64,000 nucleotides of DNA from the human T2T-CHM13v2.0 reference genome, Homo sapiens. The DNA is taken from the NCBI RefSeq assembly GCF_009914755.1, contig NC_060927.1, one strand, 5' to 3'. The notes under the pieces were generated by a model. That model saw only the letters and a program-made list of their open reading frames with translations, was not told the DNA's origin and did not search any database. Shown here one piece after another: positions 1 through 19,033 of the stretch; position 1 is the stretch's first letter, and the number at the start of each line of letters is the position of its first letter. A program made the translations under genes and the position numbers.

Positions 1-2570
1 AAAAATTAACAAACCATTAGACTAAGAAAATAAGGAGAGAAGATACAAATAAATTAAATCAGAAGTGAAAAACGAGACACAACAACTGAGACCACAGAAA
101 TTCAAGCTATCATTACAGACTATTATGAACAACTATACTCCAACAAATTGGAAAACCTGGGGGGAATGGATAAATTCCTGGACACATAAACCTACTGAGA
201 TTGAGCCAGGAAGACATAGGAAGTCCGAATAGACCAATGAAGACTTACAAGATTGCAGCAGTAATATAAAGTCTCCCAAGAAAAAAACATTTTTGAAAGG
301 GAAGGAATTCTTCCAAACTCATTTTATGAGGCTAGCATTACCCTAATACCAACAGCAAACAACACAACAAAAAAAGAAAACTATAGGCTAATATCCCTCA
401 TGAACACAGATGCAAAAATCCTCAACAAAATACTAGCAAACAAAGTCTAACAGCACATCAAAAAGATTATACACTATGATCAAGTGGGATTTATCCCAGG
501 AATGCAAGGATATTTAAATATACACAAATCAACACACGTAAGACATCACATTAACAGAAAGACCAAAGCCATTTGATCATCTGAATAGACGCAAAAAACA
601 TTTGATAAAATTCAGCATTGTTTCATGATAAAAACTCCCAATAAAGTAGATATACAAGGAATGTACCTAAATACAATAAAACCATATATGACAAATCCAC
701 AGCCAAAATCATACGGAATGAGGACAAGTTAAAATCTTATATTTAGGAAAGCTAAAGACTCCACAAAACAACTCCTAGAACTGTTAAACCAATTTAATGA
801 AGTTGCAGGATACAATATTAACAAACAAACAAAATTAGTAGCATTTCTACAGACTAACAGCTAACTATGTGAAAAGAAATCAAAGCATAAATCCCATTTA
901 CAATAGCTACCAAAAATACATAAGAATACATTTAACCATGAAAATGAAAGACCTCTACAATGAAAACTATAAAAGACTAATGAAGGAATTGAAGAGAACA
1001 CAAAAAATGGGAAGACATCCCATGTTCATATATTGGAAGAACAAATCTTGTTAAAATGACCATACTCCCTAAGAATCCTGTGGATTCAACGCAATCCCTA
1101 GCAAAATACCAGTGATAGAGAAAACATTCCTAAAATTTGTATGGAACCTCAAAAGACCTCAAGTAGCCAAAGCAATTTTGAGCACAAGGAACAAAGCTGG
1201 CGACATTATAATACCCTAGTTCAAAATACACTACAACCAACAAGCTATAGCAACCAACACAGTATAGTACTTGCATAAAAACAGGCACACAGACGAAGAG
1301 AACAGAATAGAAAACCCAGGAATATATTACCTATTTATAGCCAACTGATTTTCGACAAAGCCATGAGGAACGTACACTGGGGAAAGAACAGTCTCTTCAA
1401 TAAATAGTGTTGGGATTAATAGTCATATGCAGATGAATGAAACTAAACCCTTGTCTCTCCTTTATATGAAAATAAACTCAAAATGGATTAAAGACTCACA
1501 ACTATGAAACCACTAGAAGAAAACGGAGGAGAAACACTTCAAGTCATTGGACTGGGCAAGGATTTCATGGCTACAGTCTCAAAAGCACAGGAAACAAAAG
1601 GAAAAATAGACATATGAGATTATATCAAACTAAAATACTACTGCACAGCAAAGGAAGCAATCAATAGAATAATGAGGCAACCTGCAGAACAAAAAGAAAT
1701 ATTTGCAAACTATTCTTCTACTAAGGCATTAATATCCAGAATAGACAAAGAACTCAAACCACCCAACAGCAAAAAACAAACAAACAAATAGTATGATTTA
1801 AAAATGAGCAAAGGATCTGAATAGACATTTCTCAAAGACACAAACGGTCAACAAGCACATAAAAAAATTTAACATCACTAGTGAATAGGGAAATGAAAGT
1901 CAAAACCATAATGAGATATTATCTTTCCCTGGCTAGAATACAATGTTTATATATGGGGAATGTTTATTGCAGCACAATTCACAATAGCCAAGATAAACAA
2001 TCAACTAAGTGTCCATCAATAGATGAATGGATACAGAAAATGTCGTATATTTACACAACAGAATACTATTGAGCCATAAAAATGAATAAAATGCTTTCAT
2101 TTGTGGCAACATGGATAAGACTAGAAGACATTATGTTAAGTGAAAGAAGTCAGGCACAGAAAAAGAAATACTGCTTGTTCTCACTCATATATGGAAGCTA
2201 TAAAAGTTGACCTCATAGAAGTAGAGTAGAATAGTGGCTCCAAGAGGCTGGGAAGGGTAGGGGGACAGGGGAGCTAGCAGGAATAGGTTGGTTAACAGAT
2301 ACAAAGTTGCAGTTAGATAGGAAGAATAAATTCTAGTGTTCTACAGCACTGCAGGGTGATTATAGTAAACACTAATCTATTGTATTTTTTCATATAGTTA
2401 GAAGACAAGATTTTGAACATTCTCAACCGAAAGAAACAATAAAGGTTTGAAGTGATCTATATGCTTATCACCCTTATTTGATCATGACACATGTATACTT
2501 GTATTAGAATATTACATTGTGCCTCATAAATATGTATAATTATATGTCAATTAAAACAACAGCAATAAAA
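1..2570 (+). mobile_element. Old degraded LINE-1 (L1MA-type), ORF2 remnant plus 3' UTR
   Basis: ORF2-like text (gatgcaaaaatcctcaacaaaatactagcaaa; gatcaagtgggatttatcccagg), internal deletions, A-rich end near 2550-2570. Confidence 0.9.
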
Positions 2571-4175
2571 ATTACCCTCTTGACCCTAAATTTACCTTTC
2601 ATATTAGAATAAAATATTAGTTTGAAAAGGTAAAATTTAATAACACAATGTACAAAAAGAGATTATCAAGCAAAAGGGTGTATAGATTTTTTTAAGGCTG
2701 AGAAAATTGTGTGCGTGTATGTGTGTGTGTATAAAGAATTAGTGGCAATAGGGGTGGGGAATAAGGTGGTGGTGGTGGCAGTGGCAGATTCTTTGATCAT
2801 GAGTCCAGCTAGAAGGGATATTACAAAAATTGGTGAGCAAGTACATTACTTAGATAGAGAAACAAAACTATCCAGAAAAGTTGTGTGAGCAATGAGAAGG
2901 ATCAAAATGTGCTGTTAGTTGATATTTCCACAATTTAGTGTTTAATATTCTGTTTTTATTTTCTAGCTCATTGAAAAATTTTTGATTTGGGGAATTTCTG
3001 CAGGAAAAGATAGAAATGCAATTTATATTTCCTAAATTATATAGCAGATTATATATACTTTTGGTTAGTCTACCTCATTTTTGACAGTTACAGACAAATG
3101 TTTGTAAAATACTCCTTTGTGCTTTCTAAGGAAGCAATTGTTGTGGCTTAAAGAAGCCATGGTTGGCTGTTCAGGTTCACCTATGGTTATCTCAGGACTA
3201 GCCCTACTTCATTGTTTCCAGATCCTCTTCTACTCTGAAATCCTGGTCTAGATGTTTCTCTATCCTGTTCCATTGTTTTATATTGACTGACAATTTTTTC
3301 CTCTCATTCCTGCTGACTCGGTATATTTAGAAAGCCTGCCTTTGTTTTTGCCTCAGAAGCTGTTCATAGGCAGTTCCCAGGGGAACCCAGGATGACTAGC
3401 TTGTCCATTTACATTACAGAACCATGGCCTTGGAGCATCAGATTTAGGAAACATGGAAGAGCTAGCAGGAATATTTGCTACCTCTGTGTTAACTTAGTCA
3501 TTACTCTGTGGATAGCAATACCTAATTTGGTAGGACAAGTGGAAAATCTGCTGGTGGAATAAAGCACCATGTGGGCATTAGCTTCATCCTCATGGCACGG
3601 CCTCAATTGCTTAAAGAAGTTATTTATGTCCTTAAAATAGTTGCCTTTGAAACTCAACTTGTCTGCTAAGACTACTGTTGAAGAGAGAACAATCATACCC
3701 TACAGATCTCCCACTTCCCTAGTTAGACTGAGCAGGTAGAGTGATTGGAATCCTACATGGCTGGAATAGCTGAGAAGTGTTCAACAGCTTCATAGGCAGT
3801 GAGGAAGGGCCAATATGAACACCCTAAGAGGACAATTCATGGCAAATAGATCTTGATTATTTCAACCTGGAGAGAAAATGAAAACTAGCCTATTAGCAAT
3901 TTCCAACAGTTTGGATGCTGCTGTGCTACAGCATTTCTCTAATTTTTAGCTAATATTTGAATGAAAACATAATACTCTCTTCAGTCAGCTATTAGAGGAT
4001 TTGGCTGTATCATTACATGAAAAACTGGCTTGGATCCAGAGATGGGCAATATCACAGAACTGATTGCCTAACACATCTGAAGTTTAACCCCAGTTGCAAT
4101 TTCTACAATTGGGATCTGTCAAATTCCCAATTCTTCATAAATAAATCACTCTTTACTTAAGTTAATGTGAGTGAA

Positions 4176-4287
4176 TTTCTTTCTTTCCTTCTTTCTCTGT
4201 CTTTCGTCTCTCTCTCTCTCTTTTTCTCCCTTTCTTTCTTTCTTTCTTTCTTTTTCTTTCTTTCCTCTCTCTCTTTCTTTTTCTTTC
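4176..4287. repeat. CT-rich low-complexity tract
   Basis: Mixed (CTTT)n/(CT)n. Confidence 0.9.
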
Positions 4288-4438
4288 CAATCAAGCAGAT
4301 TCCTAAGACAATGTCAAACTTCCCTTTGCCTTTGTAAACAATCTATTAAGTGAGCATGATCAAGATGTCTTTATAAAGGAGGAATTTTTCAACATAATTT
4401 TTGGCCAAACATAATTTCAAAAGAGAATAATACAGTAC

Positions 4439-4564
4439 TATTTGTGCTGACAAGAGACGCCTGTTGGCCAGCTCCATTGCTTCAGTGTTAAAGATCTCAT
4501 CTATTTCCTTGTTACAGTGTGGACATTTCACCTTCTGATGTTCTGTTGTTTCTTCTTCGTTCAA
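4439..4564 (-). CDS. SLC9C1: SLC9C1 exon 13 (LNEEETTEHQKVKCPHCNKEIDEIFNTEAMELANRRLLSAQI)
   Basis: atttag| ... ata|gtactg; 126 nt, phase 0-0, cumulative 1572 nt; within ORF 4346..4564. Confidence 0.94.
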
Positions 4565-4856
4565 CTAAATAAAACATAAATAAAAGAACAAAAAATAGAT
4601 GAATATTAACATATTGTTTAGCAAAATCCACAAGCAATTTTTGTACCAGTTTGCATTGAAAAATGGTAGCAAATCTGGTAGATAAGAAAAATGTTCAGAT
4701 CCTCATCATTTGCTCAAATGTCCTAATCATTTGCTCAGTTATAGAAGGTAAAATAATTGTCAGTTTTGCGGGGAGGAGTTATATCATATCTTTACTTTTA
4801 CACGGCATTATTAACAGTTTAAAAAGCTATCACATATATGATCATGCTTTACACTA

Positions 4857-5035
4857 GCAGTTTTCAAAGTGTGGTCTCCCAGCAGCATCAGAATCACCTG
4901 GGAATTGTTAGAAACGTGCATTCTCAGATCCCACCTTAGACCTAGTGAATCATAATTGGAGGAGTGGGCGTCAATCTGTGTTTCTAAAACCCCATTTGAA
5001 AATTTTGCTGCAGCTAAAGCTTGACAACCACTGCT
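4857..5035. mobile_element. MER5A-like hAT DNA transposon
   Basis: ttttcaaagtgtggtc...agcatcagaatcacctgggaattgttagaaa...accactg. Confidence 0.75.
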
Positions 5036-5094
5036 TTAAAATGATACTTAATGTAAAATAGAAAGTGAACACACGTAAAGGAAATGGGAGTATG

Positions 5095-5235
5095 AATAAT
5101 TTACAGATGAGAAACTGAAGCTTAGAGAAAATTGATGATATGCTCAAAATTACAAAGCTATTAAGTGAGAAAGCTAGGCTATAAAGCCAGATTTTCTGAT
5201 TCCAAGGTTGGTGTTCTATCTTTAATACTATAATA
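5095..5235. mobile_element. MIR SINE fragment
   Basis: MIR core ttttacagatgagaaactgaagcttagaga. Confidence 0.7.
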
Positions 5236-6091
5236 TCCCTCATGTTTGCATCACAAAAAGGAGAATGTAGTCATTTGATCCTCTGCCTTCTAAAACAGAT
5301 CAAGTACCAGAGTGGTGGCCCCAACACTGGCTTCTGCATTAGAATTAGCTGGGTAGTGGACTTAAAATATTCCTGGATCCCTGCTCAGACCACCTGCATA
5401 AAAATCTTCAGAGAATAGGTGAAAACTCAATCAATATTTTGAGTAAACTATCTGGATAATTCTGATGCAGACAAGTCAGCAAAAGTTCACAATCAGGTAT
5501 TGGAAGCTACTAGAGAAATCTTTGGATATGACATGGTACTTGTTCCATCCAGAAATCCTGGCAGTATTCCTGCAGGCACAAGTGTCAGTTCTAAATTCCT
5601 ATCTGGAGCTTTAAGCACTGGTTCAGTGGATATGAAATGGATTTTTTCAGAATTCTACTTCATAGAGACTAATTATCTCACCTAAGCACTCCCAGAAGTT
5701 GGCCCCTCATATTGTGTTTTGCAAAAAAAACAAAAACAAAAACATTGTAAAAACCATTGAAAACTGGACATGATGTAGGACACGGAAAAGTGCAGCAGCT
5801 GTGAAGACCCCAGGACAACTTTTATTATTTCCCTTTAGGGAAACCATGACTGATTAGTGTGCTGAGTGTTCTTAAAAGAATGAGTCTGACTGCAGATATC
5901 TTAAAGCATATCTCAGAAGCAGAAGGTGACATCTCCCACAGCTAAACTTTGGCTTTGAATTCTATTTTATATTGAAAATATTTTTAACCATAAATTAAGG
6001 TCTAGCAAATGCTTAGATACACAATAGCCTAAATAAATAAACAAAGACCCCTGACCCCTCCCAATTTGGTCAAAAACTAGCCATTTTCTAA

Positions 6092-6440
<349 letters not shown>

Positions 6441-6533
6441 CTATGATGTCTTTTAAAGGGAGCTCCAATACACAGCCTCCTCTTTTGAATTTAAACATAT
6501 ATATTTTAAACATACACATAAAACATATATTTT

Positions 6534-12682
<6,149 letters not shown>

Positions 12683-12916
12683 AAAACATGTATTTTAAAC
12701 ATATATATTCAAAGGGGTTATGACTTCTACTTTGCCCCACAGTGATCATGAAGTTCCTTAACACTCCCCCTTACTACTTTGTTAAATAGAGTTATTAACA
12801 TGACTTTTCTATCAATTACAAATATTAAAACTTGTGAATTAATATTTATGATCTGATTTATACTTCAGTATAATCAAATCTGCATTAAAGCAATAAAAAA
12901 GATATTACTTGCTTAC

Positions 12917-13083
12917 CATGTATGGGTTTTCAAGTGTAATTGCTTTCTCAATCATGTTCCAATCAGCATTAGCAAGATCTTTGTCAAATTTAAGGGCAGA
13001 GGCTGCAGACTTGGTTAGCTCTTGAAAGTGTTGAAATGTGCAACAAACCGATTTATATTTTGTTGATGTGGCATCACGAAGAC
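12917..13083 (-). CDS. SLC9C1: SLC9C1 exon 12 (LRDATSTKYKSVCCTFQHFQELTKSAASALKFDKDLANADWNMIEKAITLENPYM)
   Basis: tatcaaag| ... atg|gtaagc; 167 nt, phase 1-0; within ORF 12905..13102. Confidence 0.95.
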
Positions 13084-13431
13084 CTTTGATACAAACACAC
13101 ATTTGATAAATAGTAGAAACACCACAATTTTGATATGGGTTAGAAAGCTTACTTTTGTTTTTAACTTATTGTCACTAATCTTTAAATAAAATTTCAACAT
13201 AAACTGTTTAATAATGGGAATACTAAAGAGTTAAACATTTTCTGCTTTCATATTTCTTCTCACAAAAGGTGAGGCATGTAATAGTAATAGCTAATGTTTA
13301 TTGAGTGCTTACTATATTCTGCAAAAGTGCATTTCAGCACTTTTCATGCATTAAGTTTTTGGTTATTTGGCCACCTTTTGAGGTGAGTCCTTTTTCCCAG
13401 TTTGATATATGAGGAAACAAAGAAACAGAGG

Positions 13432-13795
13432 TATAATGGTTAGTTTCATTTGTCAACTTAACTGGGCCACAGGGTGCCCATATATTCAGTTAAACATTCT
13501 GGGTGTGTCTGTGAGTGTTTTTGGATGAGGGTGACATTTAAATTGGTAGACTGAGTAAAGTACATTGTCTTTCCCAATGTGGGTGGGCCTCATCCAATCT
13601 GTTGGAGGCCTCAATAAAACAAAAGTCTGAACAAGAGAGAATTTGTTGTCTCTGCCTTATGGTCTTTGAGCAGGGACTTCAGTCTTCTCCTACCTTCAGA
13701 CTTTAGCTGGAACTTGTACCATTGGCTCTTGGTTCTCAGGCCTTTGGAATGCATACTTTGGGACTTAGCTTCCATAACCTCATGAGCCAGTTAAG
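13432..13795. mobile_element. MLT2-like (ERVL) LTR, next to a MIR fragment at ~13285-13430
   Basis: atggttagtttcatttgtcaacttaactgggccacagggtgccc...ccaatgtgggtgggcctcatccaatctgttggaggcct. Confidence 0.8.
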
Positions 13796-13914
13796 CACAT
13801 ATGATAAATTATCTGCATTATCTTTTAAGATTCCAATCTCTTGAGCTATCTTTTTGTTCTAGAATACATCCAGTTTCTAGCTTCCTAAGAAATTTAGCAC
13901 CTGTTGTGTTTTCT

Positions 13915-14420
13915 GAAGATCATTACGTTAAGTGAAATAAGCCACACACAGAAAGACAAACATCACATATTCTCACTTATTTGTGGGATCTAAAAATAAA
14001 AACAATTTAACTCATGGACATAGAGGGTAGAATGATGGTTAACAGAGACTGAGAAAGGTGGTGGGGGGATGGGGGCAGGTGGGGATGGTTAACAGGCACA
14101 AAAATATAGAAAGAATAAATAAGACTTACTATTTGACAACACAATAAGGTGACTATAGTCAATAATACCTTTACATTTTAAGAATAATTTAAAGAGTCAT
14201 ATTTTAAATTTTAAACATTTTTAAAGTTTTACATTTTAAGAATAATTTAAAGAGCAATTGAATTATTTGTAATTCAAAGGGTAAATGCCTGAAGGGATGG
14301 ATATCCTATTCCCTATGATGTGCTTATTTCACTTTGCATGCCTGTACCAAAACATCTCGGGTACCCCACAAACATATACACCTACTATGTACCAACAAAC
14401 ATTTTAAAAATAAAAAAGAA
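13915..14420 (+). mobile_element. L1MA-type 3' end
   Basis: L1 3' UTR text ending cctactatgtaccaacaaac plus A-rich tail. Confidence 0.8.
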
Positions 14421-16730
14421 GAAAATAGCCACAAAAAAAGAGAAATATCTAGGAATAGAGCTAACGAAGGAGGTGAAAGATCTCTACAAGGCGAACTATA
14501 AAACACTGTGAAAGTAATCAGAGATGACACAAATAAATGGAAAAACATTCCATGCTCATGGATTGAAAGAATCAATATCATTAAAATGGCCACATTATCC
14601 AAAGCAATATGCAGATTCAACACAATTTCTATTGAACTACTAATGTCATTTTTCACAGGATTAGAGAAAAACAGTTCTAAAATTTACATAGAACCAAAAG
14701 AGAGCCCAAATAGCCAATGCAATCCTAAGCAAACAGAACGAAGCCAGAAGCATCACACTACTTGACTTCAAACTATACTACTAGTCTACAGTAACCAAAA
14801 TAACATGGTATTGGTACAAAAACAGATACATAGCTCAATGGGACAGAATAGAGAACCCAGAAGAAAAGCTGCATGCTTACAGTCATCTGATGTTTGACAA
14901 AGCTGACAAAAACAGACAATGGGGGATGGATTCCCTATTCAGTAAATGGTGCTGCGATAACTGGCTAGCTGTATGCAGAACAATGAAACTGGACCTCTAC
15001 CTTTCACTATATACAAAAATTTACTCAAGATGGATTAAATATTTAAATGTAAGACCTCAATTATAAAAGTCCTAGAAGAAAACCCAGGAAATAAATGTTT
15101 CCACACCAGCCTTGAGAAATAATTTTTGGCTAAGTCCCCAAAAAAATTGTAACAAAACAAAAATTGACAAACAACACCTAATTAAACTAGAGAGTTTCTG
15201 CAAAGCAAAAGAAACTATTAATAGAGTAAACAGACAACCTATAAAATGGGAGAATAGATTAGCAAACTATACATCTAACAAAGGTCTTATATCCAGAATC
15301 TACAAGGAACTTAAAGCAACAGGCAAAAAACAATCCCATTTAAAAATTGGCAAAGGTTAAGTGTCCATCAACAGATGAATGGATAAAGAAAATATACATA
15401 TACACAATGGCATACCATTAAGCTATTAAAAAGAATGAGATCCTGTCATTTGCAACAGCATGGATGGAACTGGAGGTCATGTTAAGTGAAATAAGCCAGG
15501 CACAGAAAGAAAAACTTTGCATGTTCTCACTTATTTGTGGGAGCTAAAAATTAAAACAATTAAACTTATGGAGATAGAGAGTAGAATGATGATTAACCAG
15601 AGCCTGTGAAGAGTAGTGGGGAGGTAAGGGGAAATTTGGGTGGTTAATGCATTCAAAAAATAGAAAGAATGAAAAAGATCTGGCATTTGATAGCACGATA
15701 GGGTGACTATAGTCAAGAATAATTAATTGTGCATTTAAAAATAACTAAAAGAGTACAATTGGATTGTTTGTAACACAAAGGATAAACACCTGAGGTGATG
15801 GATACTCCATTTACCCTAATTGATTATTACACATTCTATACCCGTATCAAAATATCTCATGCACCCCATAAATATATACAACTACTATGTATCCACAAAA
15901 ATTAAAACGAAAAAAAAGTCTTAATGGGCAAAGAACATGAACAGACACTTCTCAAAAGAAGGCATACAAGTGGCCAACAAACACATGAAAAAATGCTCAT
16001 CATCACTAATCATAAAAGAAATGCAAATCAAAATCACAATGAGATACCATCTCACACCAGTTAGAATGGTTATTATTAAAAAGTCAAAAAATAACAGATG
16101 CTGGCAAGGCTGTGGGGAAAAGGGAACACATATACTGTTGGTGAGAAAGGAGAATGTAAATTAGTTCAGCCACTGTGGAAAGCAGTTTGGAGATTTCTCA
16201 AATAACTATAAACAGAACTACCATTCAAGCTAGCCACCCCAAGATAGCCAAAGGAAAATATATCATTCTACAAAAAAGATACATTCACTTGTATGTTCAT
16301 CACAGCATTATTCACAATAGCAAAGAGATGGAATCAACCTAAGTGTCCATCAATGGTGGAATGGATAAAGAAAATGTGGTACAGATACACCATTGAATAC
16401 TATGCAGCCATAAAAAAGAACAAGATTATGCCCTTTGCCGCAACATGGATAAAGCCAGAGACCACTATCCTAAGTGAATTAATGCAGGAGCAGAAAATCC
16501 AATATCTTTTGTGGGAACTAAACATTGAGTACACATGAACATAGAGATGGGAATAGTGGATACCAGGGAGTACTAGAGTGGGGAAAGAGAAATGGGATGT
16601 GAGTTGAAAAGCTACCTTTTGGGTACTGTGGTCACTACCTTGGTGATGAGATCTGTACCTCAAACCTCAGCATCACACAATATACCCATGTAACCAACCT
16701 GCACATGTCAAATAAAATTTGAAAAAAATT
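14421..16730 (+). mobile_element. L1PB-type 3' portion, interrupted by an L1MA-type 3' end at ~15357-15920
   Basis: ORF2 C-terminal fragments (WKNIPCSW; MNRHFSKE). The host breaks at aaattggcaaag and resumes at aatgggcaaag. Confidence 0.85.
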
Positions 16731-16773
16731 AGGCACCACTGACTTGTATTTATATAATTTATATGGATTCTTT

Positions 16774-16981
16774 TTTTTTTTTTGAGACAGGGTCTTGCTC
16801 TCTTGCCCAGGGTGGAGTGCAGTGGTGTGATCTTGCCTCACTGCAGCATCAGCCTCCTGGGTTCCAGCGATCCTCCCCAATCAGCCTTCCAAATAGCTAG
16901 GACAACAGGTGTGCACTGCCACGCCTGGCTAATTTTTAAACTTTTTGTAGAGACGGGGGTCTCACTATGTTGCCTAGGCTG
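16774..16981 (-). mobile_element. 5'-truncated Alu with TSD
   Basis: TSD tatatggattcttt at 16760-16773 and 16982-16995. Confidence 0.9.
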
Positions 16982-17069
16982 TATATGGATTCTTTCTTTA
17001 TTATTAGCACTTCTTTACCATACTTAGAATGTTTTTCTCTCCACAGGAATAGTAACTGTTAGGGCTTAC

Positions 17070-17151
17070 CTAGTATAGTAACTGCCACTGGCAAAATAAA
17101 TCTATTGACAACAAGGGTTATTAGGCATACTAACACTCCATGAAATAATAT
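17070..17151 (-). CDS. SLC9C1: SLC9C1 exon 11 (ILFHGVLVCLITLVVNRFILPVAVTILG)
   Basis: ttctag| ... g|gtaagc; 82 nt, phase 0-1; hydrophobic, probably the last helix of the exchanger domain. Confidence 0.94.
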
Positions 17152-18009
17152 CTAGAATTGAAAAAAATACAAAGTAAGTATTCATGACAATTTCATATAA
17201 TATAGCCTATATTTACCAATATAAATTAAGCTATTTTCCAATATAAATTAAGCTAGGTTGTACTGTGTTAATAGATGCTCATGGCAGGGGAGGAATTAAT
17301 CTAAGATGAAAGCACTCTGGGTATTCTCTATCTTCCTGCATGTAATTCATCCATGTTTTGTTACCAAACCAAAATTAGGACACAAGTTTTGACAAGTAAA
17401 TCAATACTTATACAGACATTGGGAAGGAATATTTATCTTTGAATTCCACTGTTGCACTTCCTGGTAGCTGAGAATACACTTATACTTTATCAATCCTTAT
17501 CCACTATACACACCTGGCTGTGCATGGCCACACCGTTCTCTATTCAACATTACCAGCATATCTGCATCAAACAATTCTCCTCACCTGGGAAAGGAGAACA
17601 ACTCAAGGCCCTTGATATGTTTTCTCCACCTCACACTTTGCCTCACTGGTACCCTTTCATTGTCAGGAAGAAGGAGTAATAAATGTCTTTGGTGCCACTT
17701 GATATCTTTATCTACTTGTATCTCAAGTCAGTCTTGATAGACAAATGAACTAACACTTTTCAATCTGAGGCTACACATTTTTGGGGATTTATGGAATTCC
17801 AACTTCCAGAATTTATGTTTCACCCTAGCTAGTCTTCTGTTCTGTATCCACAGATGGAATTAGGGATAGAGCATGAAACCACACTAGAGGCTCCCAAAGT
17901 TGCACATTAGAATCATAAGGGAAACTTTAAGATATTGGTACTCAGGAGGTCCCCACTGAATATTCTGATCTAATTCGTCAAGGGTGCAGCCCAAGCATTG
18001 GTAATAAGG

Positions 18010-18970
18010 AAATCTGAGGTATAATGTACATACATTGAAATGTACTCAAGTACCATTTTGTCAGTTTTGACAGTGTATATCTACTCATATAACTCTCAAT
18101 CCTATCAAGATGCAAAATATCTCACATCCCCAAAATTTCTCTAATGCTCCTTCCTAATAAGTCATTCACCAATGAGAGGCAGCTAGTATTTTGATTTCTA
18201 CTTCTGTAGATAAGAATTGCCAATTCTAAAATCTTCGTATAAATTAAATAGCATATGACATGTCTCACTGTGATTTTAATTTGCATTTCCTTAGAGTAGT
18301 AATGTTGAATACTTCTAACATGCATATTAGTACACATCTTTCTTTTTGAAGAAGTGTCTGTTCAAATATGTTGTACGTTTTTAAAAAAATTGGGTTACCA
18401 TTGTATTTTCTTCAAAAAATTTTACAGTTTTTGATTTTATATTTAAGTCTATGGTCCATCTCAAATCAGTTTTAGGTATGGTGTGAGGTAAAAATAGAGT
18501 TTTTCTTTTTTTTTTTCTAAGTGAATCCAGTAGTTCAGCACCATTTATTGAAAAAAATATTTTTTCTCTCATTGTACTGTTTCAGAATCTGTGTCAAAAA
18601 CCAATTCACCATATATGTGAGTCTTTTTTGAATTCCTTATTATACTCCATCTTTTTTTATTCTTATGCCAGCATGCTACTGAATTACTGTATTTTTATAA
18701 TAAGTCCTGATATCAGATAGTATAAGTCCTTAAATTTCGTTCTTCCTTTTCAAAATTATTAGGGCTATCCTCAGTCTTCTGTATTTCTATATGGAGTTTA
18801 GATTTTGGGTATCTATTTCTAAAATCTTCTGGGATTGGAATTGCAATGAGTATAGTGACATCCTAATAATTCCAAGTCTTCAAATCCATATTGGAATATA
18901 TATTTTACATAGGTTTTTAAAAATGTGTCTCAACAATGCCATGTTGTTTTCAGTGCACGAGTCTTGCATA
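18010..18970 (-). mobile_element. Old L1M fragments
   Basis: ttttaatttgcatttccttag; gttcagcaccatttattgaaaa. Confidence 0.7.
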
Positions 18971-19033
18971 TTTTGGAAAGAAGCCTCTAACTTGGCTCTC
19001 AGAGGTATCCATCTCTTGATACTTAGTCATCTT

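Noticed and set aside
3478-3696. 72-aa minus-strand ORF as a possible next exon
   Set aside because: Does not match the expected continuation (ASYQRQYRNE..., recalled) and lacks supporting splice sites.
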